64,000 bases of DNA, taken from NCBI GenBank assembly GCA_002269645.1, contig NIVC01000013.1:558001-622000 (forward strand), written 5' to 3'. The notes beneath the pieces are model-generated. The model searched no databases and had not been told where the DNA came from. It saw only the letters and a program-made list of their open reading frames with translations. The translations under genes were made by a program, and so were the position numbers. The DNA comes from Macrostomum lignano (taxonomy: Eukaryota). Positions 1-12,024 of the stretch are shown here, in pieces; the stretch's first letter is position 1, and each line of letters begins with the position of its first letter.

Positions 1-3000
1 GCCGACTCAATTGACGGTGGAGCGGCTGTTCAAGAGTACACGATGACCGACTTTCTTCGGCAGGACATGCGCGGCCGGGTCGTCACCTCGGCGCTCCTGC
101 CGCTCTCTGGCGGCGTCGGGCAGCGGTTCGGCTCGTTCAAGATTACTCCCAGGGCTCTGGTGGGTTGGCCATTGTTGTTTGATTGCCTTGTTCGCTATGC
201 ACTCATTTCTCAAGATCCTCATTCTCAAGATCCCCATTCTAAATTCTAAAGATCCCCATTCTAAATTCTAAAGATCCCCATTCTAAAGATCCCCATTCTC
301 AAGATCCCCATTCTAAATTCTAAAGATCCCCATTCTAAATTCTAAAGATCCCCATTCTAAAGATTCCCATTCCAATGATCCCCATTCTAAAGTCTAAAGA
401 TCCCCATTCTAAAGATCCCCATTCTAAAGATTCCCATTCCAATGATCCCCATTCTAAAGTCTAAAGATCCCCATTCTAAAGATCCCCATTCTAAAGATCC
501 CCATTCTAAAGATCCCCATTCTAAAGATTCCCATTCCAATGATCCCCATTCTAAAGTCTAAAGATCCCCATTCTAAAGATCCCCATTCTAAAGATTCCCA
601 TTCCAATGATGCCCATTCTAAAGATCCCCATTCTAAAGTCTAAAGATCCTCATTCTAAAGATTCCCATTCCAAAGATTCCCATTCCAAATATCCCCATTT
701 CAAAGATCCCCAATTCAAAGATCTCCATTTTAACGATCCCCATTCCAAAGATCCCCATTTCATAGATCCCCATTTCAAAGATCCCCATTCCAAAGATCAT
801 GATTCTAAAGATCCCCATTTCAAAGATCCCCATTCCTAAGATCCTCATTCTAAAGATCCACACACCAAATATTTAAAATCTCAGAACGCCCACGCCTACC
901 TCAACGCCGCGTTCAACGTCTCCGTGGACTCAGCCAACGGCTACACAGTCACTGATCGGCCCAGAATTGTCTACGGCGGCGTGTGTGACAAGTTTGTAAG
1001 CGCAGATTAAAAAAACACTGATTTTCATGGCTTATGACTGGGAATTTATTTAGTAATGTTAATTTTTCTTTCAGAATCACGCTGTTAAAACTGAGAACTA
1101 TTTGCAGAATAAGAGCCTTATTGATCAGGAGACTGTTAACGGTGAGATTGTCATTCAGGTTGTTAAAAAACACATTTTATTCTCACACTCAAAACGTCCC
1201 TTCATTCACTCTTTCAAATGCTTATCCACGCTCTTACTCACTCACTCACTCGCTCGTTCACTCACTCACTCGCTCACACTCACTCACTCACTCACTCACT
1301 CACTCACTCACTCACTTACTCACTCACTCACTCACTCACTCACTCGCTCACTCACTTACTCACTCACTCACTCACTCACTCGCTCACTCACTCACTCACT
1401 CACTCACTCACTTACTCACTCACTCACTCACTCGCTCACTCACTCTACAATCACTCACTCACTCGCTCGCTCACTCACTCACTCACTCGCTCACTCACTC
1501 ATTCACTCACTCACTCACTTACTCACTCACTCACTCGCTCACTCACTCACTCACTTACTCACTCACTCACTCGCTCACTCACTCACTCACTCACTCATTC
1601 ACTCACTCACTCACTTACTCACTCACTCACTCGCTCACTCACTCACTCACTTACTCACTCACTCACTCGCTCACTCACTCACTCACTCACTCATTCACTC
1701 ACTCACTCATTCACTCACTCACTCACTTACTCACTCACTCACTTACTCACTCACTCACTCACTCACTCACTCACTCACTCACTCACTCGCTCGCTCACTC
1801 ACTCACTCATCCGCCCCCACGCCCGCAGGCGCCATCAAGGTGCTGGAATCGGAGCTGAACCCGGCCGAAGAGGCCACCTGGTCCAGTCCGCAGCACCGCC
1901 GCTCGCTAGCCAGCAACCTGCTGTACAAGTTCATCCTCGGCGTCGCCTCCGCCGCCCTGCCAGCCGCGGACAGCAGCGGAGCTCAAGTTTTCGAGCGTCG
2001 AGTCCAGTCAGCTGAGCAGGACTTCGAGCAGGAGCCGAGCGAGTTGCCGTCGGCGCCGCTAGGGCGAGCCTGCCCCAAGCCCGAGGCCCGAGGACAGACT
2101 GCTGGAGAGGCTCAGTACGTCAACGATGCTCCTAGTAGGAGCAATGAGCTGTTTGGCGCGTTCGTACTCGCCCAGGAGGCTCCGGCTAAGCTGAAGGGAT
2201 TCGGCACCGAGGAGGCTGAGGTGAGCGGCGTTGCGGTAGGGGTGGTAGCATGTGAAATTTGACACTTGATAGATGTCTTGAAATCCTGAGAATCCCAAAA
2301 ATTGTTGATATATGAGTACGCTATGCCACAAAAAACCTCAAAATAAAGGATAAAAGATCAAAGGGTAGCATCCTGCAGTGAAAGTGGAACCTTGGGTAGA
2401 TGTCTCTATTGGAGGGATAGTGGGCACTGAACACCCTGGGGTAGAGGTCTCTAGAGGAGGGATAGCGGGCACTAACCAGCCCTGGGGTAGAGGTCTCTAG
2501 ATGAGGGATAGCGGGCACTGAACACCCTGGGGTAGAGGTCTCTAGATGAGGGATAGCGGGCACTGAACACCCTGGGGTAGAGGTCTCTAGATGAGGGATA
2601 GCGGGCACTGAACACCCTGGGGTAGAGGTCTCTAGATGAGGGATAGCGGGCACTGAACACCCTGGGGTAGAGGTCTCTAGATGAGGGATAGCGGGCACTG
2701 AACACCCTGGGGTAGAGGTCTCTAGATGAGGGATAGCGGGCACTGAACACCCTGGGGTAGAGGTCTCTAGATGAGGGATAGCGGGCACTGAACACCCTGG
2801 GGTAGAGGTCTCTAGATGAGGGATAGCGGGCACTGAACACCCTGGGGTAGAGGTCTCTAGATGAGGGATAGCGGGCACTGAACACCCTAGGGTAGAGGTC
2901 TCTAGATGAGGGATAGCGGGCACTGAACACCCTGGGGTAGAGTTCTCTATTGGAGGGATAGCGGGCACTGAACACCCTGGGGTAGAGGTCTCTAGAGTGG

Positions 3001-6000
3001 GATAACGGGCACTGGGTTAGAGGTCTCTAAGAGTGGGATAACGGGCGCAGAGTCACAGACGAGTTTGGGTTAACGGCCGCACCGTAATGCTCTGACTCAA
3101 ATGATCAACTTTCAGCAAGTGCCAGGCTACGACCGATTGATCACGGCTAAGGATCTGGAAGGTCGTTACGACAATAATTACGTTTCGGCTCTGATTCCGC
3201 CCCAGTTTGCGTGAGTCGTAATATAGGCACGCACTAAAATGCCTAAAAGTACATTCTTAATCTGTCATCATTAAGAGTCTCTCAGTAATCATTGTGAGAG
3301 TCTCTCCATCGTCATCATTATGAGAGTCTCTCCTTCATCGTTGTGAGAGTCTCCATCATCATTGCGAGAGTCTCTCCTTCATCATCTTCAGTTTCCTGCA
3401 TCATCGTGAGAGTCTCCTGCATCATAGTCTTAAGTCTCCTGCACCATTGTGAGTCTCTCCTTCATCGTTGTGAGAGTCTCTCCATCATCATTGTGAGTGT
3501 TCTTCATAATTGTGAGAGTCTCCTGCATCATCGTGAAAGTCTCCTGCATCATTGTGAGAGTCTCCTGCATCATCGTGAAAGTCTCCTGCATCATCGTGAG
3601 AGTCTCCTGCATCATTGTGAGAGTCTCCTGCATCATTTTGAGAGTCTCCTGCATCATCGTGAGAGTCTCCTGCATCATTTTGAGAGTCTCCTGCATCATT
3701 TTGAGAGTCTCCTGCATCATTTTGAGAGTCTCCTGCATCATCGTGAGAGTCTCCTGCATCATCGTGAAAGTCTCCTGCATCATTGTGAGAGTCTCCTGCA
3801 TCATTGTGAGAGAGTCTCCTGCATCATTGTGAGAGTCTCCTGCATCATTGTGAGAGAGTCTCCTGCATCATTGTGAGAGTCTCCTGCATCATCGTGAGAG
3901 TCTCCTGCATCATTGTGAGAGTCTCCTGCATCATCGTGAGAGTCTCCTGCATCATTGTGAGAGAGTCTCACTGCATCATTGTGAGAGTCTCCTGCATCAT
4001 CGTGAGAGTCTCCTGAATCATTGTGAGAGTCTCCTGCATCATTGTGAGAGAGTCTCACTGCATCATTGTGAGAGTCTCCTGCATCATTGTGAGAGAGTCT
4101 CCTGCATCATCGTGAGAGTCTCCTGCATCATTGTGAGAGTCTCCTGCATCATTTTGAGAGTCTCCTGCATCATTGTGAGAGAGTCCCTGCATCATTGTGA
4201 GAGAGTCCCTGCATCATTGTGAGAGAGTCTCCTGCATCATTGTGAGAGTCTCCTGCATCATTGTGAGAGTCTCCTGCATCATTGTGAGAGTCTCCTGCAT
4301 CATCGTGAGAGTCTCCTGCATCATTGTGAGAGTCTCCTGCATCATTGTGAGAGTCTCCTGCATCATTGTGAGAGAGTCTCCTGCATCATTTTGAGAGTCT
4401 CCTGCATCATCGTGAGAGTCTCCTGCATCATTGTGAGAGAGTCTCCTGCATCATCGTGAGAGTCTCCTGAATCACCGTGAGAGTCTCTCCTCCATCAGTG
4501 CGCCCATTTACACAGTCTAAACTCTATATAATTGCACTGCAGACAAACTGAGGAAATCTTGGTCACCACAGAGGTTCGCTACGCCGGCCAGCCGCTGGCC
4601 ATAGTGCTCGCCAAAAGTCAGCGAGCTGCTGACAGAGCCGCCGCCCTGGTCACGGTTGACCTTGAACAGACTGGCGAGCCAATCACTAGCGTTGCTGAAG
4701 CTGTTGCCAAGGCCTCGGTTGTCATGGAGCCGCCCGTGGAGACTGTTGGCTCCGAGGATGTGGCGAAAGAGTTGGATAGTCAGCCTTGCCGGATTGAAGG
4801 CCAAATCGTTGTTAATGAGCAGGTTGGCTTTTCTCATTCTTTTTGGTTTTATAGAGCCTTATAATTGCTAGGAATCGCCATTCACCGGCCTTAGAATCGC
4901 CATTCACCAGCCTTAGCAATCGCCTTTCACTAACTCTTGAAAAATCGCCATTCACCACCTTTAAGAATTTCCATTCACCACTTTAAGAATCGCCATTCAC
5001 CACTCTAAGAATCGCCATTCACCACTTTAAGAATCGCCATTCACCACTTTAAGAATCGCCATTCACCACTCTAAGAATCGCCATTCACCACTTTAAGAAT
5101 TTCCCATTCACCACTCTAAGAATCGCCCAATCACCTTTCTTAGAATCGCCCATTCACCACTTTAAGAATCGCCATTCACCACTCTAAGAATCGCCCAATC
5201 ACCTTTCTTAGAATCGCCCATTCACCACTTTAAGAATCGCCATTCACCACTCTAAGAATCACCATTCACAACTCTAAGAATCGCCATTCACCACATTTAA
5301 AAATCCCCATTTACCACCTCTAAGAATTGCCATTCACTACCTTTAAGAATTGCCATTCACCACCTTAAGAAACACCATTGACTAACCTAAAAAATCGCCA
5401 TTTACCACCCTAAGAATCGCCATTCACATTCCTGAGAATAGCTCGTTCACCATCTTAAGAATCGTCCATTCACCACCTCTAAGAATCGCCATTTACTACC
5501 TTCAGAATAAGAATCGCCATTCACCATCCTAAGAATCGTTATTCACCATCCTAAGAATCGCGATTCAACACCTTAAGAATCGCCGTTCACTACAACGTGA
5601 AGCCACTCTATGGCCCAACCATTCCCAAACCGCAGGCGCACTTCTTCATGGAGTCCCTGACCGCCAGCGTGACGCCATGCGAGGAGGGCCTGCTGATCTC
5701 GGTGCCGCACCAGTGGGCGGACGCCCTGGTCATGACCCTTCGCCGCGTGCTCCGCCGTCCGGCCAACGAGCTCCGAGTTGTGACACCCCGAATCGGCGGC
5801 GGGTTCGGTGGCAAGCTGATCATGTCGGATCTGATCGCCTGCGCCACCTGTGTCGCCGCCGACATTGCCCAGCAACCGGTGCGAATGTACCTGACTCTGG
5901 CCTCCAACATGCAGCTGGCGATGAAGCGGCCCGGCATGCTGCTGCGATACAAGGGCGCCGTCAATGCTGAGGGCAAACTTAGGGCGGCTGACTGGGAGAT

Positions 6001-9000
6001 CAATAATGAAGTTGGCTATACCGTTAATATGCAGGTGAACATGGGGGATTTTTAACTTGAGATTTAAGCAGTTTTGAACTCCATCAATTCATTTTAGGAT
6101 TCCGATTCCATGAAGTTTTTGGGATTTCAGATCCCATAATGTTTTTGAGATTTCAGATTCCATACTGTTTTTGAGATTTCAGATTCCATAATGTTTTTGG
6201 GATTTCAGATTCCATAATGTTTTTGGGATTTCAGATTCCATAATGTTTTTTGGATTTCAAATCCCATGAAGTTTTTGGGATTTCAGATCCCATGAAATTT
6301 TTGTGATTTAAGTTTCCATGGAGTATCTGGGATTTCAGATCCCATGAAGTTTTTGGGATTTCCCATTCCATGAAGTTTTTGGGATTTCCCATTCCATGAA
6401 GTTTTTGGGATTTTAGATCCCATGAAGTTGTTGGGATTTCAGATCCCATTGAAGTTTTGGGGATTTCAGATCCCATGAAGTCGTTGGGATTTCAGATCCC
6501 ATTGAAGTTTTTGGGATTTCAGATCCCATGAAGTCGTTGGGATTTCAGATCCAATGAAGTCGTTGGGATTTCAGATCCCATGAAGTCGTTGGCATTTCCG
6601 ATCCCATGAAGTCGTTGGGATTTCCGATCCCATGAAGTTTTTGGGATTTGCGCTGCCGTGCAATTGTTATTCTAAGAAATCTATAAACTCCGATCCCATC
6701 GTTGTGGGGATTTAAATATCTAAGGATCTTATAAGAGATTATTAGTCTTTTAAACTATTCTCGAAGCAAGCTCCCACCCCTTAAAATTCTCCCCAGACCA
6801 TGATCGCAGACGAGCTCAAGCACACCTTGGACATGGGCTACCGGTGCCCAAACTACTCCTTTCGCATCCGTCACATGCGCACGGACAAACCCGAGAGCAC
6901 GTTTGTTCGCGGCCCGGGACCGGCTGTGAGCTCTCTAGCCAACCTGCTGCTCATGGACCACCTGGCATTCGAGGCCGGCATGGACCCCATTGAGTTCAAG
7001 TTAAACAATCTCTACAAGGATGGAGACGTAATGTTGCCTTGGTTGCTCATTAATTACCAGGCTTAGTCTAGGAACAAAGGATCAGTGATTCTGGGATTGG
7101 GATCAGTGATTCTCAGATTGGGATCAGTGATTCTCAGATTGGGATCAGTGATTCTCAGATAATGATTAGGGATTTTGAGATTGGGATCAGTGATTCTCAG
7201 ATTGGGATCAGTGATTCTCAGATTGGAATCAGTGATTCTCAGATTGGAATCAGTGATTCTCAGATTGGAATCAGTGATTGTGAGATTGGGATCAGTGATT
7301 GTGAGATTGGGATCAGTGATTCTCAGAATGGGATCAGTGATTGTGAGATTGGGATCAGTAATTCTGAGATTGGGATCAGTGATTCTCAGATTGGGATTAG
7401 TGATTCTCAGATTGGGATCAGTGATTCTCAGATAATGATTAGGGATTTTGAGATTGGGATCAGTGATTCTCAGATTGGGATCAGAGATTCTCAGATTGGG
7501 ATCAGTGATTCTCAGATTGGAATCAGTGATTCTCAGATTGAAATCAGTGATTGTGAGATTGGGATCAGTGATTGTGAGATTGGGATCAGTGATTCTCAGA
7601 ATGGGATCAGTGATTGTGAGATTGGGATCAGTGATTCTCAGATTGGGATCAGTGATTCTCAGATTGGGATTAGTGATTCTCAGATTGGGATCAGTGATTC
7701 TCAGATAATGATTAAGGATTTTGAGATTGGGATCAGTGATTCTCAGATTGGGATCAGAGATTCTCAGATTGGGATAAGTGATTCTCAGATTGGAATCAGT
7801 GATTGTGAGATTGGGATCAGTGATTGTGAGATTGGGATCAGTGATTCTCAGAATGGGATCAGTGATTGTGAGATTGGGATCAGTAATTCTGAGATTGGGA
7901 TCAGTGATTCTCAGATTGGGATTAGTGATTCTCAGATTGGGATCAGTGATTCTCAGATAATGATTAGGGATTTTGAGATTGGGATCAGTGATTCTCAGAT
8001 TGGGATCAGAGATTCTCAGATTGGGATCAGTGATTCTCAGATTGGAATCAGTGATTCTCAGATTGAAATCAGTGATTGTGAGATTGGGATCAGTGATTGT
8101 GAGATTGGGATCAGTGATTCTCAGAATGGGATCAGTGATTGTGAGATTGGGATCAGTGATTCTCAGATTGGGATCAGTGATTCTCAGATTGGGATTAGTG
8201 ATTCTCAGATTGGGATCAGTGATTCTCAGATAATGATTAAGGATTTTGAGATTGGGATCAGTGATTCTCAGATTGGGATCAGAGATTCTCAGATTGGGAT
8301 AAGTGATTCTCAGATTGGAATCAGTGATTGTGAGATTGGGATCAGTGATTGTGAGATTGGGATCAGTGATTCTCAGAATGGGATCAGTGATTGTGAGATT
8401 GGGATCAGTGATTCTCAGATCGGGATCAGAGAATAACTCTTAAGACACAAAATCAACGAAACTACTAATCTGAAAACTTCTAAACCAAAAGCTTACTAAT
8501 CTTGCCTTCCAGTTCGACATCCTGGGCAACAAACGGGAGGGCGACAATTTCCAGCGGATGTGGAGCGAGCTGCTGCAGCTGGCCGATATTGAAGCCAGGC
8601 GAAAGGAAATTGAAGAATTTAATAAGGTGAAAGAGCTGGTGTTGTGTCTATTGTTGGGTATTATCTATTCTGTGTCTATTGTTGTTTATCTGTTGTTGCA
8701 CTCCTTTTATACCGAATGCCACTTCTATTATACAGAATGTCACTCCAGTTATACAGAATGTCACTCCTGTTATAAATAATGTCACTCCTGTTATACAAAT
8801 GTCACTCCTGTTGTAAGTAATGTCACTCCTTTTGTAAGTAATGTCACTCCTTTGTACAGAATGTTACTCCTGTTGTACAGAATGTCACTCCTGTTATACA
8901 GAATGTCACTCCGGTTATGAAGAATGTCACTTCTGTTATAAATAATGTCAATCCTGTTATACAGAATGTCACTCCTGTTGTACAAAATGTCACCCCTGTT

Positions 9001-11466
9001 ATACAGAATGTCACTCCTGTTATGAAGAATGTCACTACTGTTATAAATAATGTCACTCCTGTTGTACAGAATATCACTCCTATTATACAAAATGTCACTC
9101 CTGTTATACAGAATGTCACTCCTGTTATACAGAATGTCACTCCTATTATACAGAATGTCACTCCTATTATACAGAATGCCACTACTGTTATACAGAATGT
9201 CACTCCTGTTATACAGAATGTCACTCCTGTTATACAGAATGTCACTCCAGTCATACATACAGAATGTCACTCCTGTTATACAGAATGTCACTCCTGTTAT
9301 ACAGAATGTCACTCCTGTTATACAGAATGCCACTACTGTTATACAGAATGTCACTCCTGTTGTACAGAATGTCACTACTGTTATACAGAATGTCACTCCT
9401 TGCTCACCCCAGGCCAACACATTTCGCAAGCGCGGCCTGGACATGACTGCTGTGTCCTATCAGATCGGCTACGATCGCGGGCGGCCCTCGCAGGTGTACC
9501 TGACTGTCCAGGGCTCCGACGGCAGCGTCACCCTGACCCACAGCGGTGCCGAGATGGGTCAGGGCCTCGGGGTCAAGTGCGCCCAAGCTGTAGCCGCCAA
9601 GCTCAATATCGACCTGACTCTGATCAAACTCAAGCCCACGGATAGTCACGTGACGCCTAATAATGACGTCACCGGGGCAGCTCGACTAGCGAGTGGAACT
9701 GCCAGGCAGCGGTGAACGCCGCGGAGCAGATCAACCAGCGGCTGGAGACGCTCAGGGCTGCCAATCCACAGGACTCTTGGCCGGCTCTGGTGGGCAAGGC
9801 TGTGTCCGCCGGGATCTGCTTGGCCGCAATGGGAGTGTGAGGATTTTGGGGTTGGGATTTTAGATTGTGGGATTGGGATTTTAGATTGTGGGATTGGGAT
9901 TCTAAATTGTGGGATTGGGATTCTAGATTGTGGGATTGGGATTCTAGATTGTGGGATTGGGATTCTAGATTGTGGGATTGGGATTTTAGATTGTGGGATT
10001 GGGATTTTAGATTGTGGGATTGGGATTTTAGATTGTGGGATTGGGATTCTAGATTGTGGGATTGGGATTCTAGATTGTGGGATTGGGATTCTAGATTGTG
10101 GGATTGGGATTCTAGATTGTGGGGTTGGGATTTTAGATTGTGGGATTGGGATTCTAGATTTTAGGATTGGGATTCTAGATTTTAGGATTGGGATTCTAGA
10201 TTTTAGGATTGGGATTCTAGATTTTAGGATTGGGATTCTAGATTTAAGGATTGGGATTCTAGATTTTAGGATTGGGATTCTAGATTTTAGGATTGGGATT
10301 CTAGATTTTAGGATTGGGATTCTAGATTTTAGGATTGGGATTCTAGATTTTAGGATTAGGATTCTAGATTTTGGGGTTGGAATTTCAAATTGTGGGATTG
10401 GGACTTTAGACTTTGGTTCGGAATTTTAGATTGTGGGATTGGGATTCCACAATCTCAATTCTATATAGAGATTTTATATCACCTAGCTTAATGGAGTCAA
10501 CTGGTTCAGAGATGTTGAACTTGAAATCTCAAACCAACCCTGTCGCAGGTTCACGGCAGACAACGCCGGTCGCAAGGCCGGTCGCTACTGCAGCACCGGG
10601 GTCGGCGCCGTGGAAGCCGAGGTCGACGTCCTCACGGGCCTCTACGAGATCCGCCGAGTGGACATCACCATGGACGTGGGCCGGTCCATCAACCCAGGGG
10701 TGGACATTGGCCAGATTGAAGGCGCCTTCGTCATGGGCATGGGCTACTACCTGATGGAGCGGACCGTCTATGATGCCGATTCTGGGCGGAACCTCACCGA
10801 CTCCACCTGGGAGTACAAGGTGCCGCAGGCGGCCGATACGCCTAGGGATTTCCGGGTGCACATTTTGAAGGTGAATAGGCTTGTGCTGTGTCGGGATTTC
10901 TATATCTTATTCCAAAACTCCAAGATCCCCAATCTCAAAACGCAGAGATCTTCCGATTCCAAAAGTGAAATATCCCAAATCCCAAAAATGAAATATCCCA
11001 AATCCCAAAACTCAAAGATCCCCAATCAACCAATCAACTGAAAGATCCTAAATCCCCAAACTGAAATATCCTAATCCAAAAACTCAAAAATCCCCAATCA
11101 CAAAACTGAAATATCCCCAATCCTGAAGCTCAAAGATCCCCAATCCCGAAACTCAAAGATCCCAATCTCAAAACTAAACCAAAACTGAAATATCCCCAAT
11201 CCCAAGACTCAGATCCCACCCACCAATGCTTTCCCCAGAGAACCAGCAACCCGGCAGCCGCCATGAGCACGAAGGCCATCGGCGAGCCGCCGATCTGCCT
11301 GGCGCCGTTGTGCGTCACAGCCATCAAGCGCGCCGTGGAGGCCTACCGTGAGGCCCGGGGCAAGCCGAGGCGCCATCTGACGTTCGACATGCCGCTGACG
11401 CCCGAGCGGGTGCTCATGCTGTGCGAGACCTCCGAGCAGGACCGACTCGTGGCTCGAGAAACCTGA
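1..11466 (+). CDS. Xanthine dehydrogenase/aldehyde oxidase family molybdo-flavoenzyme, 5'-truncated by the window edge, 12 exons
   Basis: Exons joined by hand with consistent phases and GT-AG sites: <1-159, 885-995, 1075-1141, 1829-2220, 3116-3210, 4543-4822, 5636-6034, 6797-7027, 8513-8626, 9413-9836, 10549-10870, 11239-11466. Family motifs: FKITPRAL|NAHAYLNAAFNV (FAD domain), GEAQYVND, Q|AHFFMES, RIGGGFGGK, EMGQGLG, DVLTG, NPGVDIGQIEGAFVMGMG, KAIGEPP. One -1 frameshift in a G run at ~9674-9677. Confidence 0.92.
205..860. repeat. 15-bp minisatellite (CCCCATTCTAAAGAT)n in an XDH/AOX intron
   Basis: Direct reading; fills intron 160-884. Confidence 0.95.
1235..1808. repeat. (ACTC)n microsatellite in an XDH/AOX intron
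   Basis: Direct reading; source of the SLTH-repeat ORFs. Confidence 0.97.
2385..3045. repeat. 45-bp minisatellite (GGGATAGCGGGCACTGAACACCCTGGGGTAGAGGTCTCTAGATGA)n
   Basis: Near-identical core copies inside intron 2221-3115. Confidence 0.95.
3270..4490. repeat. 21/23-bp minisatellite (GAGAGTCTCCTGCATCATTGT)n
   Basis: Direct reading; intron 3211-4542. Confidence 0.95.
4870..5590. repeat. 22-bp minisatellite (TTAAGAATCGCCATTCACCACT)n
   Basis: Direct reading; intron 4823-5635. Confidence 0.93.
6095..6650. repeat. ~26-bp minisatellite (GATTTCAGATCCCATGAAGTCGTTGG)n
   Basis: Direct reading; intron 6035-6796. Confidence 0.92.
7078..8432. repeat. 21-bp minisatellite (GGGATCAGTGATTCTCAGATT)n with 252/273-bp higher-order blocks
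   Basis: The variant monomer GATAATGATTA(G/A)GGATTTTGAG recurs at ~7158, 7431, 7704, 7956 and 8229. Confidence 0.95.
8705..9402. repeat. 21-bp minisatellite (TGTCACTCCTGTTATACAGAA)n
   Basis: Direct reading; runs to within ~10 bp of the acceptor AG at 9411-9412. Confidence 0.95.
9841..10447. repeat. 21-bp minisatellite (GATTGGGATTCTAGATTGTGG)n
   Basis: Starts immediately after the donor GTGAG at 9837. Confidence 0.95.
10910..11215. repeat. Degenerate ~23-bp minisatellite (AATCCCAAAACTCAAAGATCCCC)n
   Basis: Direct reading; same family as 19555-19965. Confidence 0.85.
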
Positions 11467-11469
11467 TTG

Positions 11470-11750
11470 ATTTGATTTGACAACTGATCCTGACATACTG
11501 ATAACTGATCCTGACATACTGACAACTGATCCTGACATACTGACAACTGATCCTGACACTACTGACAACTGATCCTGACATACTGACAACTGATCCTGAC
11601 ACTACTGACAACTGATCCTGACACTTCTGACAACTGATCCTGACACTTCTGACAACTGATCCTGATATACTGACAACTGATCCTGACATGCTGACAACTG
11701 ATCCTGACATGCTGACAACTGATCCTGACACTACTGACAACTGATCCTGA
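11470..11750. repeat. 21-bp minisatellite (GACAACTGATCCTGACATACT)n just after the XDH/AOX stop codon
   Basis: Direct reading. Confidence 0.93.
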
Positions 11751-12024
11751 CAAATCCCTATTCCTGACATTAGTTTTCTTCATACCATTTATTCTGGTGA
11801 CCGGTTTTCTCGCAACTTCGATGCTTTTCTTTAAATTAGAAATATTTAAAATAGTAACTTCATAAATCATAAATCAACATCTAACGAGACCAATGCTAGC
11901 GTTCGAGCACGAATTATCTATCTATGAATATTTTAAAAACATAAGAAATATTCGTTTCTTTATTATTCTGTTCTGTTACCCTAATTGTTCAAAAAATATA
12001 CGTTCATAAAAGTCAATACAAGGC

